In this document: piece after piece, positions 19,998-31,456 of the stretch | Layout: each line of letters starts with the position of its first letter | Numbering within the stretch: position 1 is the stretch's first letter | IMG/VR virus record: IMGVR_UViG_3300030451_003961 | Span: 1-62,386 of that record | Origin: a virus | Taxonomy: Duplodnaviria > Caudoviricetes | Direction: 5' to 3' (one strand) | DNA length: 62,386 bases | Notes under the pieces: model-generated | What the model was told of the DNA's origin: nothing | The model's input: only the letters and a program-made list of their open reading frames with translations | Database searches by the model: none | Made by a program: the position numbers and the translations under genes

Positions 19998-22243
19998 TAC
20001 TTAATAAGTTCGCTTAACAACCCCTTGTTGTCGTATTTTGCAAAGTTAATCTTTATTTTTGACTCTTTTTTCTGTGGTAAGTATAGATGTTTTTGATTTG
20101 CCATGATTGCCAAACCTGAACTTATGGTTGCATCGTACTTAGTTCTATTGTTAATATCAAACTTAGCCCAATCCTCCAAAGTTCTGTTGAAAAACATAGA
20201 ACCCATTTCATCTGAATCTCTATAAGTACCCTCGAAATCTAATCCCACATGCTTCTCTATATAACTTTCTATAGCTGAAGCGTGAGCTTGTTTTACTTCT
20301 GTAGAGGTATTAGGTATGCCACCTAATTCTCTTTCAGATCCAGACAGTTTTGATCTCAACTTATCTGGTCTGTTTAAAGAGTATCCTCGATACCCTCTGT
20401 TTTTTAAATGATATAATAATCTAGGTTTATTGTTCTCTGCTAACACAGGCATTCCATAAAACACTAAAGCCATCAATACATCTTCAAAAAATATTTCTGC
20501 AGTTTGTGGTCTAGCAATATATTGTAAGAAAAATTCATTTACAGGTGCTCCTGTCATATTAAATTTAGTAAGACCATGCAAAGCTCCATTCGATCCTACA
20601 CCACCAACTGTGGCTGATATATCGTAAGAGTCACAACCAAAACTTCCCACATGTTCATTACCTGGGTACTTCAAACCTCTTTTTACAATCATACTATTTT
20701 GCATATGTGATGGTGGAGTCCATGAAACTAAAAACCTTCCACGATCATCAGGAGTCCAAATAACTTTGGTATCTTTTTTACCATCTTTCCAATAAAACCT
20801 TCCCCTAGTTAACACATGTTCTTTGATCAAACTATCATTGTAATCTATCTGCTGATATATTTTAGTTAAATTAAAAACAGACTGAGAACTTTCATCTCTA
20901 AATGCATGAGAGTGTGTTCTTGGAAACTGCCTATAATATTCGTTCAAAGCATCAGGATCACTTTTCAAAGAATCTACTTCGTTTTCCCAATAGCTAAGTG
21001 CACCTTGATAAATCTTTTCACCATCAATTCCAACCAGACTTGTCTCTGGATTTTTAAGTACAGGCATTCCATGTTTGTCTAAAAACCCTTCCATATTCCA
21101 TTCCATAGGTATAAATAAACTATACAATCCTGATTTAGTTTGTCCATTAGCATTTCTTTTTTCAATATTCGAATCTTCAAACAAGTGTTTAAAATTATCT
21201 CCACCTTTATCTAAAGCATTGGATGTACTACCCATCAAACATTTCCCAATAATTTTACTACCCAATCTCAAACAGGTTTTTGTAACCCTCCAATTGTTTA
21301 AAATATTATTAGGTCTTAACCATTTTCCTGATTCATCATGAACCAACAACAACAGCTTCTCTCCATCATAAGAGTTGTCATCTGTATTTTTCCAATCTAT
21401 AGTTGTATCCAATCCATCTAACATTTCTTCACCTGTTGTGTGCATGTTTTTCTTTGTAATTTTTGATGCAGGAACTCTATAAGCAAGTTCAGTTTTAGGT
21501 TTATCCATACCATCTTGAATAGGTTTGAAAAAGAAAGGATAGTTTATTGATATAGGTACGACTTTATCAGTAAACATTTTTTTTGCGTCTGCTCCTGTTT
21601 TAGATAATATACCAACTCTTGAATCTTTTGCTAAAGTTGCTGTACTTACACAAGCACTCGATCCCATGTATGAGAATCCTGAACGCCTGATTTTAAGATA
21701 GCACATACCAAAGCTTCTAGAGTCTGCTTTGCATGCCTCCCAGAATATATAAAACAATCTGTTTGCTTCTCTGAAATCTGGATATCCAACATCAATCTTG
21801 CTCCATTGTAAATACATATAATGATCGCCTGTCATATAGGTAGGTATACCATTATTGTAGAACCAATACCCTTCTTCACGCCTGTTAAACTCTTCTTCTA
21901 TGTAATCAATCCATTCGTTTTTGAAAGAATTAGATGTTTCATTCCATTGAAATATAGTTGGAATACGAGATAAAACTTTTGGATATTCTTTTCTTTCCCA
22001 ATATTGATTAGATTTATTTGAAGATCTTTTGTGAATTTTTTTTGGTGGTAAAGGTAACGCTATATTCAAACCAGAAATATTAATTACATCTCCTATCTGA
22101 CCTGTTTTAGATATAACTACAAAATCATATTTAGGATCATATCCATACCTCCAGGACTTATTCTTATTCTTTTTAGCTAACGCTGACTTAGATATATTTA
22201 CCTGGACTTTTTTCCAAATTCTATTTTGATCTTCTTTCTGCAA
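19997..22243 (-). CDS. terL: Terminase large subunit
   Basis: Walker A-like LKIRRSGFS, Walker B LLVHDESGK, coupling motif GSTS, and nuclease-domain FGCDSYD and YDATISSG. Confidence 0.9.
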   Translation of the reverse strand: MQKEDQNRIWKKVQVNISKSALAKKNKNKSWRYGYDPKYDFVVISKTGQIGDVINISGLNIALPLPPKKIHKRSSNKSNQYWERKEYPKVLSRIPTIFQWNETSNSFKNEWIDYIEEEFNRREEGYWFYNNGIPTYMTGDHYMYLQWSKIDVGYPDFREANRLFYIFWEACKADSRSFGMCYLKIRRSGFSYMGSSACVSTATLAKDSRVGILSKTGADAKKMFTDKVVPISINYPFFFKPIQDGMDKPKTELAYRVPASKITKKNMHTTGEEMLDGLDTTIDWKNTDDNSYDGEKLLLLVHDESGKWLRPNNILNNWRVTKTCLRLGSKIIGKCLMGSTSNALDKGGDNFKHLFEDSNIEKRNANGQTKSGLYSLFIPMEWNMEGFLDKHGMPVLKNPETSLVGIDGEKIYQGALSYWENEVDSLKSDPDALNEYYRQFPRTHSHAFRDESSQSVFNLTKIYQQIDYNDSLIKEHVLTRGRFYWKDGKKDTKVIWTPDDRGRFLVSWTPPSHMQNSMIVKRGLKYPGNEHVGSFGCDSYDISATVGGVGSNGALHGLTKFNMTGAPVNEFFLQYIARPQTAEIFFEDVLMALVFYGMPVLAENNKPRLLYHLKNRGYRGYSLNRPDKLRSKLSGSERELGGIPNTSTEVKQAHASAIESYIEKHVGLDFEGTYRDSDEMGSMFFNRTLEDWAKFDINNRTKYDATISSGLAIMANQKHLYLPQKKESKIKINFAKYDNKGLLSELIK

Positions 22244-22511
22244 ATCCTTGATTACTTATTGGTTTTGATATTGAACTTATGTTTTCTTTTTCTGCTTCTA
22301 TTCTTCCTAGTATTTCAAATGCATCTAATATTGCAAGTTTTTTTGTTGCTGCTGCATTTTTTAATCTGTCTGCTGCGAGCTCATCTTCTGGATCAGGTTT
22401 TATTACTTCTTCTTTTGCTATCTTTATAAGTTGCTTTACAGCCTGGTATCCTGCAGCTATAATATCTTCTCTTATCTTTTTTGATTTATCTTCTGTCATA
22501 ATGTTGCACAA
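22221..22511 (-). CDS. Putative terminase small subunit (start probably MTED at 22499)
   Basis: Small helical protein immediately upstream of and overlapping terL. Confidence 0.55.
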   Translation of the reverse strand: MCNIMTEDKSKKIREDIIAAGYQAVKQLIKIAKEEVIKPDPEDELAADRLKNAAATKKLAILDAFEILGRIEAEKENISSISKPISNQGFAERRSK

Positions 22512-23062
22512 ATATTTTTTGTTTTCATTCTGTAAAGTATTTGATCATCTACAACAAACTCATACTCGGAGTCAGGTGTGAATATTACTTCATCACCCTC
22601 CTGCACACCTAGTTTGTCTAAACTATCATTACCATATTTTAATATACCTGTCAACTCTTCTTTTGTACCTGGTTTAAAATAAATAGAGTCTTTACTTTTT
22701 ACAGGTTCTACAAAACAAAAGTCTTTGTGAGAATGCCACTTGCCTTTATGTTTATACAAATAAAATTGATCAAAATCTATAAAAAACAAATCATCCATAA
22801 AGAAACTTCTTCCACTCTTTTCTCTACCTTTCATGTCAAAATAATATTTAAAAACATTATGATGAACCAAAAGAGTATCACCTACTTCAATAGGGCCTTT
22901 GTAATTAATAGGCAAAGCATACACTTCAGCATATCGGTTTGATACTGTGTGATCTTCTTTTGAAACACTAGTAATAAAATCGATACCACCTAAATTTTTT
23001 GTTGAATCATATCTTCTGTTTTTATGTGGCTTTACTATAAAATAAAAAGGTGATCGCATCAA
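22496..23062 (-). CDS. Tandem GroES-like co-chaperonin-fold protein
   Basis: Two GroES-like halves: FIVKP...IEVGDTLLVH and CFVEP...GILKYG...VQEGDEVIF...YEFVVDDQILYRM. Confidence 0.6.
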   Translation of the reverse strand: MMRSPFYFIVKPHKNRRYDSTKNLGGIDFITSVSKEDHTVSNRYAEVYALPINYKGPIEVGDTLLVHHNVFKYYFDMKGREKSGRSFFMDDLFFIDFDQFYLYKHKGKWHSHKDFCFVEPVKSKDSIYFKPGTKEELTGILKYGNDSLDKLGVQEGDEVIFTPDSEYEFVVDDQILYRMKTKNICATL

Positions 23063-23286
23063 AAATTTATATTATATTCTATTGATATAGGCATGTTACT
23101 ATTAAATTCTTTCCATAAAATAATTTCTTCTTTAGTAGATTGAATCCATACTTTTATAGAATTGTTTGAATCATCAAGTTTAATTAAGTGAATATTGTGA
23201 GATCCTCCCAACACTTCTTGACCTACGATGTAATGCATGGCACTACTTTTATAGTCTGCACCTATTGATATTTTTCTTATATCCAT
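23059..23286 (-). CDS. Hypothetical protein (75 aa)
   Basis: ORF translationally coupled to its neighbours. Confidence 0.6.
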   Translation of the reverse strand: MDIRKISIGADYKSSAMHYIVGQEVLGGSHNIHLIKLDDSNNSIKVWIQSTKEEIILWKEFNSNMPISIEYNINF

Positions 23287-23288
23287 AA

Positions 23289-26200
23289 TTAATTTAATTT
23301 ACTTTCAAGATCTTCAACTTTTTGTTTTAGTTCTTGAATTGATTTTAATAAAACAGGGACTATTTTCGAATAATCTACTCCCTGATGTTCTTCTCCATCT
23401 TTCTCTCCTGATACTGCATAAGGTAAATGAGGTTCAAGCTCGTGAGCTTTTACACCATAACTTCTTTCATCTAAATCTTTCCATTTAAAATCATACACAG
23501 GAATATTGCTTGCTATTTCAAGTCCATTGAAATCTTTGACATCTTCTTTCAATCTATAATCAGAAGTCGTTTGATATCTAGTTTGTGCGTTGTTTGATTG
23601 AATAGCACCAACTGTCAAGAAGTTGTTATTTTCAAATGTAATTTGATTTGCGTATGTACTACTTGATGCCCCTGCATGTCTAATATTTACTGCAGCTTCA
23701 GCAATACCTGTGCCCTGCTGATTCTGATTTATGTTTACTGCATGAACATTGTTGGTGTCCGAGAACACTTCAAATTGAGCTGTAGGAGATATGGTGTTTA
23801 CACCCACTCTGTTTACTGCTCCTGTACTTCCCTGTCCTTGTAAAATTAAATCACCATCTGCTTGTAAAATTATTTCTGCACCACCTGTATTTTCTCTTGT
23901 TATATAAAAACCCGATTGGTTTCCTGTTCCTTGGTAATGGAAGTTAACTTCATCATTTGTACCTGTACCTCCTGTTGGACTAATTCTTAAACCTTTATTC
24001 TGATTACTAGCGTTGACTATATGCAGCAAACCATTTTCATCAATATTCATTGCTTCTCCTACTGTATAATTTCCTGGACATGTCTGCGATGTGGTATGGA
24101 AAGACATCATGTGAGCTCCTGTTCCATTTCTTGTTTGTCCATGTATCCAAGCTCCAGGACAATTTCCTAATCCAAAAGCAATGATTCCCTGTGTTTGACC
24201 AGAGTTTATTCCACCCTGTAATATAATACCTGAAGCAGGCCCTGTGCTTGTATTGCTTGTGCCTAAACTTAAAATATTTCCAAAACCCCCTGGAGTAATA
24301 TCACCTGGTGTGGTTGTTCCAATACCTATCGCCCCTAGTGAAGCTCCTGATCCACTAGTTCCTTGATCAAAAATACTTGAGTTACCTAATGCTGTACTAG
24401 ATGTAAATTTAGGAACATAGCTTGTAGTTCCAGAACCTCCTATTGTTCCAGAAGGTGTAACCCAATCTAGTAATCCATTACTTGTAAGTTGTAGAACTTG
24501 ACCAATCGATCCATTGCTAGTTGGCATTCTCCAATAAAAGTTACCACTACTATCAGAAGCCGATAGTTCTGGGTTAGATCCTGTAAGTTGTAATCTACCA
24601 TCTCCATAAAGCTTCATAGTTAAGTCTTCTACTGTTGCAGAACTTGTAGAGTCTTTATACTGATTAATAAATCCAAGGAAATAATCTGCATTTGCACTTG
24701 AGCTTACTGTCCCTGGATGATAATAAATATCATTTTCTCTTGAACCACCAGAGTTGTTATAAGCAAAAGCTAACCCTTGAGTATAAATACTTGTATCAGG
24801 ATTTGTTGTTGCTGAGTTTCCTGTTATATATAGATATCCATCAGCACCACTACCTGTCATGCTAATTTTTTTATTTGTAGAACTTCCTCTAGAAGTTACT
24901 GTCTGTAAAGTATCTGCTTCAGTTGGTAGAGTTACTGTTGATACATCAACACTTGTAACATGACCTGTAGCATTCGTGGTTACGCTAGAAACTAAATCTA
25001 CTGTACCACCGAATCCTGGGGAATCACTCGAAGTTGTATCATTTCTATTAGTTCCAACATGATCTATTTCAATTGTATCTGGAGTGGAAGTGTCTGTTGT
25101 AATATACACACCACCTAATATTTTTAAAGTATCTCCATTAGATACTGTTTGATCATTACCTGAATCACCCTCAAGTGTAAAACTAAAAGTAGGAGAACTC
25201 GGTAAAGATATTGTTTTTACATTGACTGCAGTAACATGACCTTGACTAGTTGTGGTAGCACTATCAATTACTGTAAAAGAACCTCCGAATCCAGGGGATG
25301 ATGAAGATGTGGTATCAGTTCTAGAGACATCACTATGATTTATTGTTATAGTGTCTGTGCTTGAAACTACAGTTCCTATAACTGTTCCACCAGAAAAAGT
25401 TATTGTATTACCATCTCCAACAGATTCTGCAGTACCTGAGTCTGCATCAATTGAAAAACCGAAACTTGTTAGGTATCTTCCATCTAGATTAATTGTAGCT
25501 CCTACTGCTGCGTTATTACCTGTAATTTCTAAATCACCATTACTAGTATCAAAACTACCACCTGTTACAAAATAATTATTACCTGCTTCATCATCTCTCC
25601 ACGCAGGGTTTCCACTTGAATCTGTTTTCCAGACTTTATTATTCTGACCTGCTGCTGAGGCAACATAACCTGCAGAAGAAGAAGAGTTAGCTGAATTAGT
25701 TAAAGTAACTTTATCACTAGCTTGAGTAGCAGTTATAGTTCCTGCACCCTCAATTCTAACACTTGTTGTTCTAGTTCCATCACTCAATTGAATAGCTGTA
25801 TCAGAATTTACACTACCTATTCCTGTTAACGCATAATTAGGATCTGAATTAGGAGAGTTTATGTCTATAATAAATGGATCTGCAGAAGTTCCAGAACCAC
25901 TAATAGTTGTTCCATGAGAACCTAGAGATGAAGTAAATTTTACATACTCTAAATTATTAACTTGTACTCCTGATCCAGATTCTGCCTCTAAATTCCAACC
26001 AGACATAAAAGGAAGACTAGTTGCACTATTTCCTGTGTTTACTAACACAACACCATTTGAGTTATATAAAGCACCTGTTGGTATTCCTCCTGATGCAGCA
26101 GCACTCTCGCTATTAAAAGATAATCCTGGTAAAGTTGGCAGTATTATTCTAGGTATTTGTTGATCTCCTTGACCTCCTCTAGTTACTCCACCTTCAGTAA

Positions 26201-27260
26201 TTACAAGAGCATTAGCATTTGTTGTGTTTGTAGAACCTACACCCAACACAAATTTTACATTACCCAAACCATTTAAATAATCAGGACTAGGATAATCTGA
26301 TGTATTATTTCTAAAGCCAAGTGACATTTGTCCACCTTGCCCTGTCAAATTTCCACCAATCATAAAACAGTTTTGAGAAGTGGTATCGTTAGGGCCTGTA
26401 CAATTTTCACCGAAAGCAAAATGAGAATCGAATCCTTTAAGAACATGACTAAATCCTAAAGCAAATGCATTGTTGTCTGTGGTTACTTCATTTTGACCAC
26501 CTGCAACAAAACTTGAAAAAGATCCTGTGAGTGTATTTTCGTTTCCAAAAACCTGTGATCTAACTGTAGCACTTGCACCTGCTCCACTTATGGTATTTTT
26601 AGTTCCTATAGCACACGAACTATCTGCGTTATTATTTATTTGATTTCCTTGACCAACTATCAAGCAATGATCTGAACCAGAAATAATATCATTATCTCCT
26701 GCTCCGATAACCATAGATGTATTATCTACAGAAACGCCACCAGGATTACTTGATATAATAATACCATTTCGAAAAGCTGAAGGTGATTGTGATCCGACAT
26801 TAAGATTATAATTACTACTCGTGGTAGTATTAACTCCCAATCTATCTGTTCTTACATTTCCATTTAAAATACTATTTCCATTTCCTCTTATGACAGTTCC
26901 TCCACTCCAATTCAAAGCACCACCCTGTCCAAAAGTATATGTTTGGGTTGCTTGTCCTGAACCTCCTGCAATGATTTGTACATTGTTTGATACAGTACCT
27001 GATGGCTGCATAGTCACCTTTATTACTTTTGAATCTGCTAATACTCCATTAGCACCATCAGACCAAAAGGGTACTGTGTAAGTTGTTCCTGTTCCTGTAA
27101 CTATGTTTGATATTTCTATAACTTCACCACTTGAAGTTACGCCAAGACCAAAGGCTTCTGTTCCTGTTTTGCTTCCTGATCCATAGGCAGATAAAGTTAG
27201 GGTACTCCCAATTGTGAGTTCATCATTAAATGATCCTTGATTTAAAAACTGTAACGCCAT
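23289..27260 (-). CDS. Tail fibre/spike with C-terminal intramolecular chaperone (peptidase S74-like)
   Basis: G/S/T-rich; autotransporter-head-like repeats; ends with [10 protein letters not shown]...YGVKAHEL...[17 protein letters not shown], the signature of an S74 autocleaving chaperone. Confidence 0.85.
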   Translation of the reverse strand: MALQFLNQGSFNDELTIGSTLTLSAYGSGSKTGTEAFGLGVTSSGEVIEISNIVTGTGTTYTVPFWSDGANGVLADSKVIKVTMQPSGTVSNNVQIIAGGSGQATQTYTFGQGGALNWSGGTVIRGNGNSILNGNVRTDRLGVNTTTSSNYNLNVGSQSPSAFRNGIIISSNPGGVSVDNTSMVIGAGDNDIISGSDHCLIVGQGNQINNNADSSCAIGTKNTISGAGASATVRSQVFGNENTLTGSFSSFVAGGQNEVTTDNNAFALGFSHVLKGFDSHFAFGENCTGPNDTTSQNCFMIGGNLTGQGGQMSLGFRNNTSDYPSPDYLNGLGNVKFVLGVGSTNTTNANALVITEGGVTRGGQGDQQIPRIILPTLPGLSFNSESAAASGGIPTGALYNSNGVVLVNTGNSATSLPFMSGWNLEAESGSGVQVNNLEYVKFTSSLGSHGTTISGSGTSADPFIIDINSPNSDPNYALTGIGSVNSDTAIQLSDGTRTTSVRIEGAGTITATQASDKVTLTNSANSSSSAGYVASAAGQNNKVWKTDSSGNPAWRDDEAGNNYFVTGGSFDTSNGDLEITGNNAAVGATINLDGRYLTSFGFSIDADSGTAESVGDGNTITFSGGTVIGTVVSSTDTITINHSDVSRTDTTSSSSPGFGGSFTVIDSATTTSQGHVTAVNVKTISLPSSPTFSFTLEGDSGNDQTVSNGDTLKILGGVYITTDTSTPDTIEIDHVGTNRNDTTSSDSPGFGGTVDLVSSVTTNATGHVTSVDVSTVTLPTEADTLQTVTSRGSSTNKKISMTGSGADGYLYITGNSATTNPDTSIYTQGLAFAYNNSGGSRENDIYYHPGTVSSSANADYFLGFINQYKDSTSSATVEDLTMKLYGDGRLQLTGSNPELSASDSSGNFYWRMPTSNGSIGQVLQLTSNGLLDWVTPSGTIGGSGTTSYVPKFTSSTALGNSSIFDQGTSGSGASLGAIGIGTTTPGDITPGGFGNILSLGTSNTSTGPASGIILQGGINSGQTQGIIAFGLGNCPGAWIHGQTRNGTGAHMMSFHTTSQTCPGNYTVGEAMNIDENGLLHIVNASNQNKGLRISPTGGTGTNDEVNFHYQGTGNQSGFYITRENTGGAEIILQADGDLILQGQGSTGAVNRVGVNTISPTAQFEVFSDTNNVHAVNINQNQQGTGIAEAAVNIRHAGASSSTYANQITFENNNFLTVGAIQSNNAQTRYQTTSDYRLKEDVKDFNGLEIASNIPVYDFKWKDLDERSYGVKAHELEPHLPYAVSGEKDGEEHQGVDYSKIVPVLLKSIQELKQKVEDLESKLN
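24921..25457 (-). repeat. Tandem protein-level duplication (period 276 nt, 92 aa) in the tail fibre
   Basis: FSIDADSG...SPGFGG...GHVTAV...LPS followed by FTLEGDSG...SPGFGG...GHVTSV...LPT; a third copy lies at about 28445-28720 in the neighbouring gene. Confidence 0.8.
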
Positions 27261-27277
27261 GTATATTTAATTTAATT

Positions 27278-29089
27278 CTATGCCACCAATACAAGCAACA
27301 CTTCATATGCTCCATCAGCAGGTGCTGAAGGAAGCTCCGAAAATCCTACAGATAAATCACTAGCACTTCTTGTAATGTCAGCATAGACTGTTTGTCCACT
27401 TGAAGTTATTACTTCACACTTCACATCTATTGCTGCTGTAGATCCACCAAACACGCTATTATCACTTACATCTATGGTGAATGTTGTGACTCCCCCTGCA
27501 CTTGCTTTAGTGACATAGGAAAGACTACTATCTAAAGATATTCTTACTCCACTTGGGTTGCCTGATGTTGATACTGTTGCTACACCACTACTGTAACTTA
27601 CAGCGATACCTGTGCCTGGTGCAACTGTTACAATTCCTAGATCTGAAGAAGATGATTCTTTTAATGAAATTTTAGCTATACCATCTGATGGATTAGCATA
27701 TTCTACATTTAGAGAACCACCTGTTGCAGCACCTGAACCACTACCATGATATCCTGATTGAACAGAACTATTGTCTTGAACTTGTACTGAAAGTAATCCT
27801 GGTGCAGTATAAGTTGATAAATCTGTGTCAGATTGTACTACAACGAAATCTGCTTCTACAGCATTACCTGCAGTCGCATCATCAATTGCGTAAACTGAAT
27901 CACCTGGTGTTAAAGGCGTAGCAGCATTTCCAAAGAAATTACCTGCTACACTTACAACATATAAATCTCCTTTTACAACATCTACATTTGTATATAAATC
28001 TCCTCCTCCTGAACTAGGTGTGATTGCACCTGTATTTGCATTTAACGAACCTTTGAATTCTAGTAGACCTGTAACTGCATTTTGTAATTGCTGAAAGTTA
28101 ACAGCGTCTGCAGGATTAGATCCATCTGCTAGGTTTGTAAGCTTTTGACTACCTAATGATACATCTGATGATGGTGCACCCCAAGCATTTAGAGTTAGTT
28201 CATCACTATCTACAGTTGCTTGATTATTGCTTGCTCCATATAATCCAACTATCTTGTCTGTACCATCATTTTGTGGGGAAACATTAGTAGGTAATTCTGA
28301 CAAGTTTAATTGAACCTCAACTATGTCAGTCGACTTGGCTTCGGTATCAATACCTACACTTCCCTGAACCTTAAATGTATCTCCACTTTGTATTGTTTGT
28401 GCTGTACCTGAGTCACCATCTACATCGAAAGTAAAGTTTTCTGCAGAGGGTAAAGTAATTGTCAAAGTGTTTACTGCTGTTATATGACCTTCTGAACTTG
28501 AAGTTATAGAGTCTACTACATCAACTGTACCACCATATCCAGGACTGCTTGAAGAACTACTATTAGTTCTAGTAACATTATCATGTGATATCTCCAATAA
28601 ATAAGGAGATGAGTTTCCTGAAGTTGCTGTGCTAATTACAGTACCTGATTTGCCTGCAAAGTCTACTATATCTGTACTTTCAATATCTATATCACTACCT
28701 GAATCACCTCTTAACACCCATTTGTTATAGTTGTCTATAGGTGGAACAGCCCATTGATTATCTCCTCTTAAAAAAGTTGTGCTGTTTGCAGTACCTGTAG
28801 CATTTAAATCTACTGTACCAAAATTTACAGAACCTGTGACTTGATTAAAATTTGGGAAAGATATATATGTTCCTGCTGCACTTGAAATATCTGTTACACC
28901 ACCTCCTACTTCTGAATATACTGCAGCAGTTGTGCTTGCAGTAGTACATACTTTTAGAACTCCTGCTGTTGTGTTGAATATTAATTGACCAAGTACACCT
29001 GAAGCAGGATCAGCACTTACATTTTGAATAGCAGCATTATTCAGTTGATTCTGTGCTAAGTCAATGGTATTTAAAAATTGTATTGCCAT
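27278..29089 (-). CDS. Tail fibre-like structural protein (603 aa)
   Basis: Shares the MA.QFLN start and the GDSG...SPG.GG...GH.TAV module with 23289-27260; KLTNLADG..PADAVNFQQL neck-like motif. Confidence 0.7.
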   Translation of the reverse strand: MAIQFLNTIDLAQNQLNNAAIQNVSADPASGVLGQLIFNTTAGVLKVCTTASTTAAVYSEVGGGVTDISSAAGTYISFPNFNQVTGSVNFGTVDLNATGTANSTTFLRGDNQWAVPPIDNYNKWVLRGDSGSDIDIESTDIVDFAGKSGTVISTATSGNSSPYLLEISHDNVTRTNSSSSSSPGYGGTVDVVDSITSSSEGHITAVNTLTITLPSAENFTFDVDGDSGTAQTIQSGDTFKVQGSVGIDTEAKSTDIVEVQLNLSELPTNVSPQNDGTDKIVGLYGASNNQATVDSDELTLNAWGAPSSDVSLGSQKLTNLADGSNPADAVNFQQLQNAVTGLLEFKGSLNANTGAITPSSGGGDLYTNVDVVKGDLYVVSVAGNFFGNAATPLTPGDSVYAIDDATAGNAVEADFVVVQSDTDLSTYTAPGLLSVQVQDNSSVQSGYHGSGSGAATGGSLNVEYANPSDGIAKISLKESSSSDLGIVTVAPGTGIAVSYSSGVATVSTSGNPSGVRISLDSSLSYVTKASAGGVTTFTIDVSDNSVFGGSTAAIDVKCEVITSSGQTVYADITRSASDLSVGFSELPSAPADGAYEVLLVLVA

Positions 29090-29095
29090 ATCTTT

Positions 29096-29791
29096 TTAGT
29101 TTAAAAAAGCCTCACCTGATTGAGGACTTGAAAATCTTATTATTATATTTTTATTATCTACATATTCCAACTCTCCATATATTTGTGTTAATCCTGTATC
29201 CACAGAAAACACCGATGGAAATTTATTAAGAGAATGACTTATATTCCAAGTTGAAGAAGGTATAGTCTGAGTAAAAATCTCAGTCTTATCTCCACTACTT
29301 AAAGGATCAGCCTCCAAATAATAATAATGTTCTGCCGAAATAAAACCATTACCTGAAACAAAATTCAGTTCAGCTTTATAAACTGTAGAACTTCCTATTT
29401 GCGTTAATGAAACTAACTCAAAAACAGCAAACGATTCTAAACTCTCTCTGTCTCTTATAGACACTTGCTCTCCTACAAGCGACAATAAATATGGTAATGA
29501 ACTAGATGCATTTACCATTGCAGTATTAAATTCTAGTTCTGTTATTGACGACCAATTAGTTCCTGCTCCTCCAAAATTTGAAAAGAACACAGAGCTCTTT
29601 GGTATCGGGCTAGGTGAGGGATCTTGTATTATAAACTCCCAACTAACCTTTGCAAAGTAATCATCAATAACCTTTTTAGATAAAGAAGCAACCTGAAAAT
29701 TTCGGGTTGCATTTGCATCTTCTTTGTCTGTTCCGATAATAATATCACTATCGGTGGGTAAGACGATTTGATATGTTTTTATTCTAGCCAT
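29096..29791 (-). CDS. Virion structural protein (231 aa)
   Basis: N-terminus resembles that of 29793-31178; C-terminal STWNISHSLNKFPSV module typical of phage tail accessory proteins. Confidence 0.55.
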   Translation of the reverse strand: MARIKTYQIVLPTDSDIIIGTDKEDANATRNFQVASLSKKVIDDYFAKVSWEFIIQDPSPSPIPKSSVFFSNFGGAGTNWSSITELEFNTAMVNASSSLPYLLSLVGEQVSIRDRESLESFAVFELVSLTQIGSSTVYKAELNFVSGNGFISAEHYYYLEADPLSSGDKTEIFTQTIPSSTWNISHSLNKFPSVFSVDTGLTQIYGELEYVDNKNIIIRFSSPQSGEAFLN

Positions 29792-29792
29792 T

Positions 29793-31178
29793 CTACTGTT
29801 TTACCATTAGAATCCCTGCAACATTTAAAGGTGCTGAACCTGTCCCATCTGTTTGATAAATCATTCCTGCAGTAAGTCCTGCTACTCCTGCTGCTGCATC
29901 ATCTGCATACTTATCTACTCCTGCTTTACTATTACAATCAATACCTGCTGCAGATCCTGTTAAAACATCAGTTGTCCAGAAAGCAAATTGATTGTTACCT
30001 AATGCTCCTTGAGGTGCACCTAATTTTAGTATTTGTCCAAACGCACCCTGTGTGGCAGTATCACTTGGATTGGTACTAGATGGTAGCCAATAAGCAGAAT
30101 TTGTACTTCCTACTTTTACTGCACCAAGATTGAAACTTACATCATACTGAGAACTTATTTCCATTTGCGTAATATTACGCTGTTTGATAAATATTGTATT
30201 TTCAGTAGTGCCTGTACCAAAAAAATCTGCCTCTAAAAATAGATTACCATGTGCTCGTACTCTACCTGTTTCAGGAAAACCTGTTTCAGCAAACGAACCA
30301 CCTAATGTTAAAGTTCCACCTAGCTGATTATCAACAAAAGTATTTATAAAAAGCCCTCCTCCTAAACTGCCATTTTTCACAATAGTTTGTCCTGAAGGAT
30401 TACCTCCACCATTGATTGCACCTAATAATTCTTTAGATCCTGATCCTCCATCTTCAAATGCATAAAACTCAATCTTTGCATAATCTTTATTTGATCCAGA
30501 GGTAGTCTGATATAAATCTATATCCAATAGATCTTCTCCTGCTGCTGTACCACTTTCTTTAGTCAGAACCACACTACTGCCTACTATATGTAAATCATGA
30601 AGGGGTTCAAGAATATTGATACCTACTCTTGCTGTACCTGGTTTTGCAGATAAGACAGGGACTGCAGGTGGTGTTATGTCACCCACAGTAAAGTCTAATA
30701 ATACAGAACCTGTACCTGAAATGTTTAAATTACCTGAACCTGTTATATTAGTTCCCGATATGTTACCTGCGACAGTAGCATCATTATCTACTTGCAGGTT
30801 GTTACCGATCGTTGCGTCAATACCAACAATTAAATCAGTACCCACATTAACTTGTTCTGAAACAACTAAATTTCCTTTACCTCCATTATCTATAGTTATT
30901 GTTGTACCTGATAAAGAAGTGCCTGAAGCTTGAGCTGTATCTTGTTTTATAATAGAGTCAACCAATAATTTTGAAGCTTGACCTGCACCTGATGCAGTAA
31001 AGACAGGTAATCTATAAGATGTACCATCACTAAAGTCATCTATGATGAATTCACTAATTGATTCTATGGAAAATGTTTTTGTAGCATTACTATCAGAATG
31101 ATCTGTTCCAATTAAATAATCCTGATCAGCTAATGGTACTGCTTGGGGGTATGCTATTTTATTGCTTATTCTCGCCAT
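29793..31178 (-). CDS. Fibre-like virion protein (461 aa)
   Basis: Gly-rich beta repeats and an RVGINILEP.HDLHIVG fibre motif. Confidence 0.55.
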   Translation of the reverse strand: MARISNKIAYPQAVPLADQDYLIGTDHSDSNATKTFSIESISEFIIDDFSDGTSYRLPVFTASGAGQASKLLVDSIIKQDTAQASGTSLSGTTITIDNGGKGNLVVSEQVNVGTDLIVGIDATIGNNLQVDNDATVAGNISGTNITGSGNLNISGTGSVLLDFTVGDITPPAVPVLSAKPGTARVGINILEPLHDLHIVGSSVVLTKESGTAAGEDLLDIDLYQTTSGSNKDYAKIEFYAFEDGGSGSKELLGAINGGGNPSGQTIVKNGSLGGGLFINTFVDNQLGGTLTLGGSFAETGFPETGRVRAHGNLFLEADFFGTGTTENTIFIKQRNITQMEISSQYDVSFNLGAVKVGSTNSAYWLPSSTNPSDTATQGAFGQILKLGAPQGALGNNQFAFWTTDVLTGSAAGIDCNSKAGVDKYADDAAAGVAGLTAGMIYQTDGTGSAPLNVAGILMVKQ

Positions 31179-31416
31179 TTACTTGTTTTTCTTTAACCTC
31201 TCCAGACTTAAGATCGATCACTACATTGTCGCCATAAGCTTTGATTAGGTCTGCCTCTAGTTGTGCGAATTGAAGTTTCAATCCTTTTACTTGTTCTAGA
31301 AGATTGTGTTTACTAATCTCTAAATCTCCAAGTTGCAATTTAGCTCCTTGAAATTGGTTATTTAAACCTTGTAGTTTTTCTAACTCGTCTTTTTTTAATT
31401 TTTTAACTTTTGCCAT
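31159..31416 (-). CDS. Small coiled-coil protein, possible fibre assembly chaperone
   Basis: Heptad-rich 85 aa ORF; promoter box TATTTTTG at 31440-31447. Confidence 0.5.
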   Translation of the reverse strand: MAKVKKLKKDELEKLQGLNNQFQGAKLQLGDLEISKHNLLEQVKGLKLQFAQLEADLIKAYGDNVVIDLKSGEVKEKQVNGENKQ

Positions 31417-31456
31417 TTGATTTAATTTTAAAATTTATACAAAAATACAAATTTAA

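Noticed and set aside
23289-29089. Diversity-generating retroelement acting on tail fibres
   Set aside because: No reverse transcriptase; the repeats are diverged at protein level rather than near-identical DNA differing at adenines.
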